From Octopus vulgaris (Eukaryota): a stretch of DNA of 64,000 nucleotides. Under the pieces are notes generated by a model. The model did not search any database, was not told the DNA's origin, and saw only the letters and a list, made by a program, of their open reading frames with translations. The stretch covers positions 17,670,001-17,734,000 of the forward strand of contig OX597818.1 of assembly GCA_951406725.2 (NCBI GenBank), written 5' to 3'. How positions within the stretch are numbered: position 1 is the first letter of the stretch; the number at the start of each line of letters is the position of its first letter. Positions 1 to 12,830 of the stretch are shown here, one piece after another. The translations under genes were made by a program, and so were the position numbers.

Positions 1-1030
1 AACCCTCTTGACAACTCCACGGCCGCATTTACAACAACCTTATGAGCAGATCCTGACTCCTACACCAAAACCAATTTCCCTGCTGTGCCAGTGTGGACAT
101 GGGGCAACCACACCGGGTTATTTAGATCGTATCTAGATAGAGTATTCGTTAGGTCAGTAGATACGGGTAGCGTAGGTTGTCCACAATTCAAATTGATCGG
201 CTACACAGAACATAAGTCTATGATCTGCACAGTCAAATTAGCCAGGACCCGTAGGCAGGTACCCGGTTACATGAAGCTGAACGCGTCATTACGCAGAGAT
301 TACAGGGATCGGATTAATGAAGAAGTTAAGCGGCAGTTGACGGGGCAATTGTCAACAACCGGTAGTGTGTCACTCTGAAGAGAGAGATTAGAGTAGAATC
401 GATAGCGTTTATCAAAGAGCTAGCTATAGAAAAAAATAGATTAGAGAGAGAACAAGTTAGCAAACTAGAAGAGGCGATTAGTAAAGGCATCGAGACCGAC
501 GTGCTAGCGGTGAGAATGACACTTGTCCATTTCTTCGAGGCGAAATACGAAGGCTGCGTTGTCGACCGTGGTGGAATTTGAGCGTAAAAAGCAAAGAGCT
601 GGAACAAATTCAAGGCATCAAGCCCGACATTCTTACAGTTCCCCAACCCATTGTCCTAGGACGAAATAATAACTGGTACCCTCACCCTAGTGTCTCATTT
701 TTTATCCCATTTAAAAACAAATAACAGTTGTGGATTGGCTGAACCATTAAAGCGTCAGATAAAATACCTTGCGGTATTTTGTTCCACTTCTTTGCATTCT
801 TAGCTCAAATCTTTTTATTGTCGAGCTTTTTCAACAGAAAGTTAAATTGACTTAGGGACATACTGTACAGACTAAGATACAGTGACACGGTGTCAGGAGA
901 CGCAGACGACTTCGCCGTCATGATGTCGGCTAACTCAGAAATCGAAGTGTTCTGCAACAAACTGAAGTATGGGATAATCGAAACAAGTCAGTGATCTTGC
1001 AGTTTGGCATCGGGAAAGGTAAGTCGCTGC
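1..1030 (+). mobile_element. Decayed Tx1/L1-clade LINE ORF2 fragments (endonuclease C-terminus and RT piece)
   Basis: WTW...SYLDRVFV...TEHK...PGYMKLNASL at 85-378; degenerate YADD region (GDADDFAV...NRNKS) at ~885-1020. Confidence 0.7.
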
Positions 1031-1362
1031 TAGCCAGCATAGCATTTTTCACTGAGCTGAAAGATAGGTTAAAAAGCACGAAAGATAACCTGAAAAAGAG
1101 CTTTCACATAATGTTACGTAAAGTGATCAGCCAGGGAACTCAGAACGTAAAGAACCGGGAGAAAATACCATAATGCTCTAACAATCTGCGAACCCACAGT
1201 ACTAGACTAGTATATATTATCGAACTCGGAAGGATGAAAGGCAAAGTTGACATCAGCAGGACTTGAACTGAGACCGCAGAGGAGTGAAGTAAATACCACA
1301 GTTGTTCTTACGTCCCAACGAATCTGCTACCTGTCCCCTTCATATCTCTCTCTTTCTCACAG

Positions 1363-1386
1363 TATATATATATATATATATATATA

Positions 1387-1452
<66 letters not shown>

Positions 1453-1463
1453 TATATATATAT

Positions 1464-1513
<50 letters not shown>
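1363..1513. repeat. (TA)n microsatellite
   Basis: Seen directly. Confidence 0.95.
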
Positions 1514-1515
<2 letters not shown>

Positions 1516-2620
1516 CTTAGAAAGGTTTTTGGCCAGTATTGGCCCAGGCCATGTCTAACTTAATAGCACCACCTGGCGAAGTCTTTCAGTTCAGGATTTG
1601 GGCACCAAGGCCCATTCGAGCAGAGAGTTATTGTTTGCGGAGACATATCCGGGTGTGGATGGTTTGTCCGGTACTGTTTGAAGGAATTTGTCCAAAGACT
1701 TCTTGAATTTTGTGTGGTCAGTTTCTTTTTTGACGTGTCCTGGTGTAATGTTGAAGAGAGCGGGTCCAATTGAGGTGAAATAGTTGTGCCGTATTGTCGT
1801 TATGTGATGCGATTTAGATTTTTGTTGTGGACGGATGGCACGTGGTCCAAGCCTTGGATGCATTTTGAAGGTGATGCCAACATCATTCGGACAGTGCTGA
1901 TGGAATATTTTCCACATCATACAGATAATGTAGCGTTCACGGCGTCGTTGGAGTGAATACAATTTCAGCTTCTCTAGTCTACCCCAGTAGTCAAGGTCTG
2001 ACATGCCATCTATCTTTTTTGTGATTGACCTTTGGGGAGCTTCAATTCTCATAATATTTTGTTTTGTGTAGGGAGACCACAGTGGACAGCAGTATTCAAG
2101 GTGGGGTCGGGCAAAAGTGGAGAAGAGAAGGATAATAGCGTGGGAATCTCTCGACTGGAAGGTTCTGAGAATCCAGGAACACATTCTGCGGGCCATGTCA
2201 ACTTTGCTGCTTATATGTGTAGCCCAGCTTATGTTGTTGTCCACTGTTACTCCCAGGTCTCTGATGTTGTTGGATGCCATGAGAATTTCTCCAGAAGGAA
2301 GAGAGTATGGGAGTTTCAGAGCGTCCTCCCTTCCAAAGTGGATCAGTTCGAATTTGTCTTCATTTAGCAACATGTTATTCTTTTCCGCCCATTGGACAAC
2401 AGCTAGTAGGTCTGACTGAAGGTTTATTCGGTCATCCACGCCATTGATGACCTTCTGGAGCTTGGAATCATCAGCGAAGGTTCTGATGTTGCTGTGTTTG
2501 ATGGTGTCAGTAATATCATGGTTTGATGGTGTCAGTAATAATGATGGTGTCAGTAATATCATTTATGTAGATGATGAAGAGAAGTGGGCCCAACACAGTG
2601 CCTTGTGGGACACCACTGCT

Positions 2621-2626
<6 letters not shown>
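1514..2626 (-). mobile_element. 5'-truncated CR1-clade LINE (RT C-terminal half plus 3' UTR)
   Basis: [54 protein letters not shown]. Open frame 1591-2562, small internal duplication near 2495-2562. Confidence 0.9.
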
Positions 2627-2914
<288 letters not shown>

Positions 2915-2916
<2 letters not shown>

Positions 2917-3136
2917 ATTTCAAATTTCAAATTTTGGTACAAAGCCAGTAGGTTTGGGGCAGGAAGGAAGTCGATTACATCGACTCCAGGGCTCTACTTG
3001 TACTTAGTTTATCGACCCCTAAAGGATGAAAAGCAAAGTCAACCTCAGTGGAATTTGAACTCAGAACGTAAAGACGGACGAAATGCCGCTAAGCAATTTT
3101 CCCGGTGTGCTAACGATTCTGTTAGCCCGCCGCCTT
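2915..3136 (-). mobile_element. tRNA-derived SINE family A
   Basis: Core gtcgactttgcctttcatcctttcggggtcgataaa with a B-box gagttcaaat. More than 12 copies in the window. Confidence 0.8.
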
Positions 3137-3178
3137 CAAGGATTCTGTATTATTGAGTTGTCAGATGAATTCGTTTGT

Positions 3179-3552
3179 TTATTACCTCCGCCTTATCTAA
3201 GCCGGAGGTATTGCTTTCAGTCTTGTTTGTCTGTTTCTTTGTCCGTGGACAAGATATCTCAAGAACCGCTGGATGGATTCGGATGAAACGTTCAGGGATA
3301 TTTGGCCTCGTGACTGCACGAACTGATTAGATTTGGGGATCAATCTGGTCTCGGACAAAGATTCTGTATTAATTTTCCGTTTTTTTCTTAATATTTTGAG
3401 AGCGGTCGGGGTTCACTTTTAGTATTCTCGTTTGTGAGGACGGTCAAGTTTATTTCAGATACACTTATATTAAAGATCATCTCCTGCTAATCGTTGAGAG
3501 GACGTTGGTGTTGCCTTGGCAGCGGTTTGCGCTCTCGGAGTGCACTTGTTTT
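3179..3552 (+). mobile_element. Non-autonomous Helentron/DINE-like element
   Basis: 5' ttattacctccgcc...ggaggt hairpin, gtctgt microsatellite, 3' subterminal inverted copy ccttggcagcggt plus gcgctctcggagtgc stem-loop, T-rich ends. Confidence 0.6.
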
Positions 3553-3589
3553 CCATTAATTTCAATCCTTTCCAGTGTTATCATTTATC

Positions 3590-4040
3590 TTTTATCTTTT
3601 ACTTATTTCAGTCATTAGACAGCGGTCATACTGGGGCACCACCTTAAAGGGTTTTAGTCGAACAAATCGACCTCAGGAGTTATTTTTCTTAAGCCTAGTA
3701 CTTATTCTGTCAGTTTCGTTTGCCAACCGCTAAGTTACGGGAAAATAAACACACCAACACCGGTTGCCAAGTTGTGGTGGGGGACAAACACAAAGACACA
3801 ATCACATAGATACACAGACACACACACACACACACATATATATATATGCGACGGGCTTCTTACAGTTTCCGTCTACCAAAGGTTTTGGTCGGCCCGAGGC
3901 TGTAATAGAAGACACAAGGCTTTAGTCGGCCCGAAGCTGTAATAGAAGACATTTGCTCAAAGTCCCATGCAGTGGGACTGAACCTGGAACTATGAGCTTG
4001 AGAAGCAAGCTTCTTACCACACAACCTCGCTTGAGCCTAT
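3590..4040 (-). mobile_element. tRNA-derived SINE family B (CORE-like)
   Basis: Reverse complement of the family seen at 18253-18585. Confidence 0.75.
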
Positions 4041-4666
4041 ATTTGAATTAACACGAAAAATATTTTAATCGTAGAGCTTTGTATGGTTTTTGTAGCTCTA
4101 TACGCCCTCTTCAACTTTTGTGTATGTTTTTTTTTTTTTTTTTTGAAATTTGAATAAATTTTGCCTCTTTTTCAGACAAATGACGATGGAGAGCCAAACA
4201 GAAAAAAAAAATCGAACGATTTTATCTAACGATCCGATATTATTGATTTCAAACTTTGACAGAAGGTCAACGGGTTTCGGTGAGGGGCTAAGTCGATTAC
4301 ATGAACCCCAGTGTTCAATTAGCACTTATTTTATTGACCCCGAAAGGATGAAAGACAAAGTTGATCTCGGCGGAATTTGAACTCCGAACCTAAAGACGGA
4401 TGAAATGTCGCTATGCATTTTGCCTGATGTGCTAACGATTCTCCTTGCTCGCTGTCTTACAATCCGATATTATTGTCACTGAAAATCTGCTGTCTTGCGA
4501 AATTTTTCACACCAAATCATGTGATAGGTCAAAGCATCACATGGCTTTCTCGTCTTCCCTACCCCAGACTAAAACTGTCCCTTATCCTCCTGTTTCGCGA
4601 GTGAACTCTCCTACTCTGTTACTGAATTTTGGGAGTTTTTACTTGGATTAAGAAATTTTACTCACT

Positions 4667-4761
4667 TACACACACACGCGCGCGCACACACACACACATA
4701 AACACACACGCGCGCGCGCACGCACACACACACACACATAAACACGCACACACACACACAC

Positions 4762-4860
<99 letters not shown>

Positions 4861-4892
4861 TAGACAGACAGGCAGACAGACAGATAGATAGC

Positions 4893-4953
<61 letters not shown>
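4667..4953. repeat. (CA)n/(CG)n/(GATA)n/(GACA)n compound microsatellite
   Basis: Seen directly. Confidence 0.95.
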
Positions 4954-4954
<1 letters not shown>

Positions 4955-6429
4955 TGAAGAGTTAAATCGATGAATAAGATAGATATAAATTGTACATATG
5001 CTTACTCATATAATTCTCAAAGAATTCAAATTTATAAAATCGCTTTTGGTAATTGTAGAAAATACCTTCTTTTTTTTTTTTTTTTTCAAATCGCAAAACA
5101 TGTGTCACCATGGCAACAACGCTGTATTTCAACGGTAACGGAATGCTCAAACGAATGAAATGATTGTTTGAAATCCATTCCTTCACTTAAACTTGTCTAA
5201 GTCACACTGTTTGGTGAATAGACAAAAGTAATTTATTTAGAAATGCTAGTTGAAAGCCTAGATTTGTTTTAGCCCTACAGTTTTATCCATTGTATAATCT
5301 TTTCGTTATGAAACACTCCAGGACATATAAAAAAACAGAGGGTTCATTATAATCATTTTCGTCTAATGTTACTTCCATGCTGACAATTTTTCAATTGTCT
5401 GTGATTTAAGAAACCGTGTTTAGAATTCCAGCTAAAATTTCGGCCAACTTAATAGGAATAAATATATCATTTTTAGAGCCTTTCAGAAAATAATCCTGGG
5501 CTTATCACAAGAAAATAACAAAAAGTCGAACAATATATTTAAAATATTCTACCGGAAGTCTAATTTATATTCTAAACCACAAGCTTTCAACTTGATTGAG
5601 TACCATCCACAGGCATATCTCCTGATATACTGGTATAGAAGAAGATAAAGAACAACCAAAGAGGGAAAATATCAAAATGTTTTACGAATTATTAATGGTC
5701 ATGACAATAGCCTGCTGCTTTACATTTTTAATATATTTTTGTGATGTGAGTATTGAAACTGCGTCGTTTTTGTTTTGTTGTTTTTTTATTTGCCTATTTA
5801 TATGAAAATACTTTTATTTTTCTGTAATTTTAATCCGAATTCTCCCTTCTTAAATATATCTAACCTTCAGCTAATATCATCCATGGATTCATAAATCTCA
5901 CTCTTCAACTAATTATGGCTCTGTAGGCGTTACTTCTGTTGACGCACACATTTACTTTCAGTCCTATGTTGCACAGAACACAACACAAATCTCCCGAATC
6001 TCTCCGTCTCAAACCGACGCACCCCACCATCTTACGCTCACACAAGTTAAGTACAAAAACTTCAGTGTAAAAATCTGACCGGCTCCTCCTCCCCCAAACA
6101 GCGTCCTCCATATCTAACCAGCCCATCTTCTAAAGAAGCTTTTCAACCATTCTCTCTTTCTCTGTAATCATACACTCATTTATGAAAATATGTGACAGTT
6201 GTTCTTCATCTCGAAGTCACTGCCGACTACCAGCGGAGTCTCTCGAATGAAGCACACCGACTGCCTAACTTCCGACACTTGAATGGTGGAGACAGTTATA
6301 AATAGCCATCTCATTTATCACAGTCGTCCTTTTTCACTTCTTAATAGCCATCAATGGATTTTCTTTAAAGCCATATAAGCAAAGTACCGCCATTTCTATA
6401 TCACAATACAGAGAGTATTGCTCTTAATA

Positions 6430-6646
6430 TTGAGTTCAAATTTTGGCACAAGGCCAGCAATTTCGGGGGAAGGGGTAAGTCGATTACATCGACCTCAGTG
6501 TTCAACTGGTACTTATTTTATCGACCCTGAAAGAATAAAAGGTAAAGTCGACCTCGGCGGAATTTGAACTCAGAACGTAGAGACGGATGAAATGCTGCTA
6601 AGCATTTTGCCCGACGCGGTAACGATTATCCCAGCTCACCACCTTA
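6430..6646 (-). mobile_element. SINE family A, near full length
   Basis: Same core as 2915-3136. Confidence 0.8.
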
Positions 6647-7675
6647 GATATTACTCTTAATATTAGCAAAATCTTTCATTATGTCTCACATGATAATCTG
6701 TTTAAATTTTTCCACCTATAAACTACTTCACCATGTCGTTTTAGCAAGCGATATAGTGGGAGTTTCATGTCAAACCACACCATATCTTTACAAAAGCGAA
6801 GTCGACTTATATGAGATTTAAACGCCTTCTATCCGACGCTCTATTGCCAATTCGCCATTGAACGTGCACCAATGCCATAAACGAAGAGTTTGTCTTCTTC
6901 AACATCATGGAAAGACATAGAACACAGTTATGAAGAAAAGCATAACTACCGTCTACACTTTATTTATTCTCGAACAACTTACAACTAAAATTATGACTAA
7001 TGCTAGGCTTCACAATCTCCGATAACCTTCAATGGCGAGCTTCTATCTATGACATTGCTAAAACTACATTTCAAAAACTAGGGGGTATTTTTTTCGGTTC
7101 TGAATAATTTCTGACTTAACACAAGCGTGAGCAGTATTAGAGTATGGCCAACATATTTTGGGACAGCACAGTTTCTACAAATACATACAAATGGCCTCAG
7201 TCGGATGTCATTTGGTAAATCATCAAACCCTCATTCACCAATACATTACAAGATTTACTATATTGACATGCTATGTCATCTCTGTCCTTTCTTCGTCTTC
7301 TCCTTCTCCTCTTCTTCTTCTTCTTCTTCTTCTTCTTCTTCTTCTTCTTCTTCTTCTTCTTCTTCTTCTCGTTCTCCTCTTCCTCTCCTCCTCCCCCTCA
7401 TCGTCTTCTTCTTCTTCTGGACTATTAACAAGATTAATGGTACTGCATGTGGTGACGGGCGCATGCAGCCATTCATAGCCTTATTGTTATATAATCATCT
7501 CATTAATATTCGTTTTATGTATTGTCCCCTCTGTGGTGTCCTGTCTGTTTTTGTTTGTCCCCCTCTATGTTGGGCCCTTGTGGCTAATAAAGAAACAAAT
7601 TATTATTATTATTATTATTATTATTAGGTGTCAAGTCCAGAATGTAGGACATGAGCGATCATATCCTGCCACAAG

Positions 7676-8906
7676 GAGGGGATGCGAAGGGGGGAGATGC
7701 GAAGGGGGAGGGGAGATGAAGAGAGAGGGGAGGAGGGGTGAAGAGAGGGAGGAGGAGGAATATGGGGAAAGGGAGAGGAGGAGAAGGGGAGGAAGGGAGG
7801 AGGAGAGGAGGAGGAGGAGGAGGAGGGGAGGAGGAGGAGGAGGAGGGAGGAGGAGGAGGGGAGGAGGAGAGGAGGAGGGGAGGAGGGAGAGGAGGAAGGA
7901 AGGGGAGGAAGGAGATGAGGGAGAGGAAGAGGGTGGAGGGTGAAGGAGGGGGAGAAGGAATAGGGGGAGGAGAGGAGGAAGAAAGGGAGGAAGGGGAGGA
8001 AGAAAAGGAGGGAGAGGAGGAGGAGGAGGAGGAGGAAGAGGGGGATGAGGAAGAGGGGGAAAAAGAGGAGGAAGAAGAGGAGGAGGGGGAGGGGGAGAAG
8101 AGGAGGAGGGGGAAGAGGGGGAAGAAGAGGAGGAGGGGGAAGAGGAGGAAGAGGAGGAGGGAGAGGAGGAGAGGAGGAGGAGGAAGAGGAGGAGGAAGAG
8201 GGGAAGGAGGAGGAAGAGGGGGAAGAAGAGGAGGAGGAGAGAGGAGGAGGAGGGGGATGAGGAAGAGGGGGAAAAGAGGAGGAAGAAGAGGAGGAGGAGG
8301 GGGATGAGGAAGAGGGGGAAGTAGAGGAGGAAGAAGAGGAGGAATAGGAGGAATAGGAGGGAGAGGGGAAGGAGGAGGAAGAGGGGGAAGTGGAGGGGGA
8401 AGAGGGGGAAGAAGATGAGGAGGGGGAAGAGGAGGAAGAAGAGGAGGGGGGAAGAGGAGGAGGAGGAGGAAGAGGAGGAAGAGGGGAAGGAGGAGGAAGA
8501 GGGGGAAGTGGAGGAAGGAGAGGAGGGAGGGGAGGAGGGAGAGGAGGAAGAAAGGGAGGAAGGGGAGGAAGGGAGAGGAAGGATAGGAGGAGGAGGAGGA
8601 GGAGGGATGAGGATGAGGAGGGGGAAGTAGAGGAGGAAGAAGAGGAGGAATAGGAGGAATAGGAGGGAGAGGGGAAGGAGGAGGAAGAGGGGGAAGTGGA
8701 GGAAGAATAGGAGGGAGAGGGGAAGGAGGAGGAAGAATAGGGGAAGGAGGAGGAGGAATAGGGGAAGGAGGAGGAGGAATAGGGGAAGGAGGAGGAAGAA
8801 TAGGGGAAGGAGGAGGAGGAATAGGAGGGAGGAGGAATAGGAGGGAGGAGGAATAGGAGGGAGGAGGAGGAGGAGGAGGAGGAGGAGGAGGAGGAGGAGG
8901 AGGAGG
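7676..8906. repeat. ~1.2-kb polypurine (GGA/GAG/GGAATA) low-complexity tract
   Basis: Almost only G and A. Explains the Pro/Leu/Ser and Glu/Gly/Arg ORFs in the track. Confidence 0.95.
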
Positions 8907-10059
8907 CATGGAAAGATAACGATGATAATGTGTTTGATATATATTATTTCAGCTTTATCCACAGCCGCCGCAACTGTTCAGATTTCCTTTTTGACCTGGT
9001 GAGTAATTTATTCTTTGTTTTGTTTTTGTTTTTACATTGTAGTAACATAACTGAAGTTTGATAAGGAATTTATAGTTATATGCTGTCAATACTGTATATA
9101 ATTACAAATTAGACGCACACAGTATGATTATATATTGTATATAATGCATAATTTCGCATAACGTTATGTCCTAGGATAGGTCAATTATGTTCTCTAGCAG
9201 CATTCTCGTATAGATCTCATCCGATGGGGCTGGGATAGTTTTGTTGAGTTTTCTAGATCATACAATTCCATAGTGGTAAAGAATGGTAAAGAGATGTACA
9301 GTATGTATCTGTGGAGAGTCTTCAATGAATTTGAAGTGCGCACTGCCACAGAAAACAGTTACAGTTCCTCTTCGTAATACTTGAGAACGTGTAAGTCGTC
9401 TACAAATCTGTAAGTTAGATGAATAGGGACTCGTATATTTGTCTGTGGAGTGGACATATTAATCTTTATATTCTGATACAGAGAGATATAACAGGGTGAC
9501 GCCGTAGTAGGCTGGTGAGAGGGGGTACTATGCTAAGAGAAGTAAATCTGAGCTAGGAGGAAAGAATGAACAGGAAGGAGGAGGTGATACTTACAGGGTT
9601 AGGGGTTTATCGATGGGGAAACCAAAGACTAAGAGTAAAAGACTGTAGAACTGAGCAATGAAGAGAAAACCGTGGAGAACTGACAAATTGAAAAATTTAA
9701 AAATGAAGAATTAAAAACGAAAAGAGAAAATTATTTTTGAAAACTTTAAAAATTAGAAAATGAAATTAAGATAAATAGTTGACAAGAAACTGAGGTATTG
9801 ATATAAATATATTATATGGACACTGAACAGTGAGGAGGTCTTTGGAAATCCTAGTTTGAGAAAACATAGAAAGTTTTGTTTTTTTGGGCGAATTTTTAAA
9901 CTTCAAAGGTTCAAAAGTTTCAAAAGTTTAGAAAGTTTTAAACAGTTAAAACCGCGGAAGATACCCGCTGAGGCTAGTAGTATTGTAGTAGATAATGTGC
10001 TGACACATTGTGCATTGCTTCACTCTGTATGTCATTTGAAAGCAACATAGTCAAAAACA

Positions 10060-10500
10060 GGAACTTAAGCTTCACTAATTCGAACTTTGCCATAATACCA
10101 CGGAAGCAACCAAAAACGTTTGTTGCACAAAGGGTGAAGGCGCAGTTGATCGCAGATGGTTCGAGAACTTTCGCTCGGGTTGCAAGAACATCGATGATCA
10201 GACAAGGTCAGGTAGGCCTAAAACCGTGGATTCTGAGGCCGTGCTTCAAACCACAGAGGCAAGCCTGGCGAGTAGAACTCGGATAGTATCAGACGAGCTC
10301 GGGATTTCAAGGTTGTATACCACTGTGAGGCAAAAATACCCGGCATTGTTTAACAGAAAGTGAGCTCTTCTGCAGCAAGACAACGCAAGACCTCATACCG
10401 CTCGAACCACCCAGGATGAACTCCACGAAATTGGGGAAATCGAATTGATGTCCACACCCAGCATATAGTCCAGGCCTAGCTCCCTCAGATTACTTTTCTG
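10060..10500 (+). mobile_element. Mariner transposase remnant (internally deleted)
   Basis: RWFENFRSGCKNIDDQTRSGRP (HTH region) followed by LLQQDNARPH...HPAYSPGLAPSDY (D34D motif). Confidence 0.85.
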
Positions 10501-10949
10501 ATGAGAAAATGACCAACTCGAGTAAATCCTAAAGTAGCTCTAACTTGAATAAACTCGCTTTTAAATAACCGTTAACCCAGAAGGTTCTAGAATCCTTTCA
10601 GCAGAGAAAACTTGTATGCTTTCTATGAAATTGCGGCTTTAGCCATAAGCTAAGTAGTACTAATTTGTCAAATCCTATTCGAGTAGACGAATATGATTTA
10701 TGGCAACACTTTTCCTTTTATGGAAATATATTAAGCCGTGATTATAGACTGGGAAAATTTGAGAACTATGGTTCAAATCTCAGCCGGGTTCTCGCTATGA
10801 AATAAACAACATAATGACACGAGAGTGAAAAAAAAGTATCACGAATCATTAGCACACAAAGTACAATAAATATAACAGGACCTCTGAAATTTGTTGGAAG
10901 GGGACTAGACGATTATATCCACCACCCCACCCCAGCTACTCGTTTATTG

Positions 10950-11400
10950 GCTGGCCCCACACGATCCCTGTGTGCATCCAAAACGCTGTTCTGTTCGCCT
11001 GCTAGCACGAAACCGCGACATATCTAGGAAGGCCCCCAGGCGGCTGGAAAAAATCTGCCCTCACTCCTACCCCTACCAAGATATAAACAGCAACTACTCT
11101 GAAAGCATAGCCTCTGCTAAAGGTCACTCCAACACCCCCGAACTTAACTTCTGAGTCCAGGAAGCTGGTCCTTTCCCCAGGATTAAGCCCTTTCCAAAGC
11201 AACATAGTTATTCCGCCATTCATTCCTGGCAGGCTTGGAGATGCGTACAACTCGTAACTGCCGAAGATAGGCATGAATTCTCGTGCCTCGGAAATTCTGA
11301 TCATGGTTATAATCACCACATCTTTATATTATTATCCTGGAGTCGTTGAGCAGGGGACCCTTCTTCCAAGCGTCCCCAGGCCACCTGCATTCATGCTGCT
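10950..11400 (-). mobile_element. Tx1/L1-clade LINE endonuclease N-terminal remnant
   Basis: SMNAGGL...VIIT..RIS...GGITMLL...FRVVAVY, an APE-domain pattern. Confidence 0.6.
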
Positions 11401-12782
11401 TCTTCTGAGTACGGCTATGTTCAACAAGAAGAAAAATTATTTGTAGTTGTTACCGCAAGCATTTCTTTAAAGTGTTTTCATATCCATCGGGAATCTCCCA
11501 TTCCCTTTAGATATTTTGTTTTCAGTTTGTTCCAAGTTTCTTACGTTGTTTTTCTAATTCTTATATCAGTTGCTTTTTTTTTATGTAATGTACTCATTGT
11601 GAGTAATATTTGCGTATTGATGTATATGTTCATTAGGTCCTCGTTGTTTGTGTCTATAGTTGATGATGCTTAATGTTTGTTCGGTTAGGATGTACTGTTC
11701 AAATAGTTTATGCGGATGGGTTGCGCTTTCGTTTGCTGTGCTGTTTGTAATGTCGATGAATTTTCTATTGTTGGAGTTGTTTGTGTGACTATGTTGGTAT
11801 TAGGAGCAGGAATGTGTGATTGTTTGTCAGTTTCTGTATCTCCTCATTTAAGATGATCGTTTTTAGTTCGGTACAATGTTTTTCATTTTCCTTTCATTTT
11901 TCTCTTCCACTTCACAAGTATCTATTCAAATTGATTTCCTTGCAAGGAGTTTTTGTTGTTAGAGAAATCTGTGGCAGAGGAAAAAAGTGCGTATGCGCAA
12001 TCGAATATATATCTGTTTGTAAGTCTTTTTAGAGAAATCTGTGGCAGAGGAAAAAGTGTGTATGCGCAATTGAATATATATCTCTGTTTGTAGTCTATCT
12101 GGTATGGGTGAGGGTTCTTTGGATTGTGTTGGTATTAACAATATTTTTGTCCAGGATTGTGGCGTTGGATGTTGAGTGTATTTTTCTTTTAGTGTTGTTG
12201 CTTCTATTTTTTGTGTTACCGCTTTTAGTTCTGCTACAGTTGGTGCTGTGGTTGTTGATGATGCTGTTCTTACCGCTGATGTTGATATTGTAGTGAGGAC
12301 ATCGGTACATGTACAAAAATTTCCAATTTTTACTTTATGTATCTCTATTTAAATTGACGATATATCTCACTGCTATACTAAACGTTCATCTCTCCTTTCT
12401 TCTTGTGTAAACATCAAGACTAAAACCGCAAACTACAAATGACAACGATGGTTTCTCTCAAACTTCAATTTACTATACAAGAAAAGAACACGGTTTCTCA
12501 TACAGCTGGAATTTATACAAGCTTGTAGCATATACCCAAATATCTTTGGAGCAGTACTGAATACCAACATTGAACATACAATGGAAAGCGAAATGAATGT
12601 AGCCGCTTCAAAAAGGAATCAACACAATCATGTAAATTACATCCAACATTTAACTATTACATATTGAATGTTGTAAAAAAATAATAAAAATATAACCTAA
12701 AAGTTTTAGTTTTTGTGTTTTTGAAGAACACGATGTTATCATGTCTCTTTTTGGAGTTGGGATGTATTATATGTGTGTACAA

Positions 12783-12830
<48 letters not shown>

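Noticed and set aside
7631-8962. Long Pro/Leu/Ser- and Glu/Gly/Arg-rich ORFs (443 and 416 aa)
   Set aside because: Translations of a GA low-complexity tract, open in several frames on both strands.
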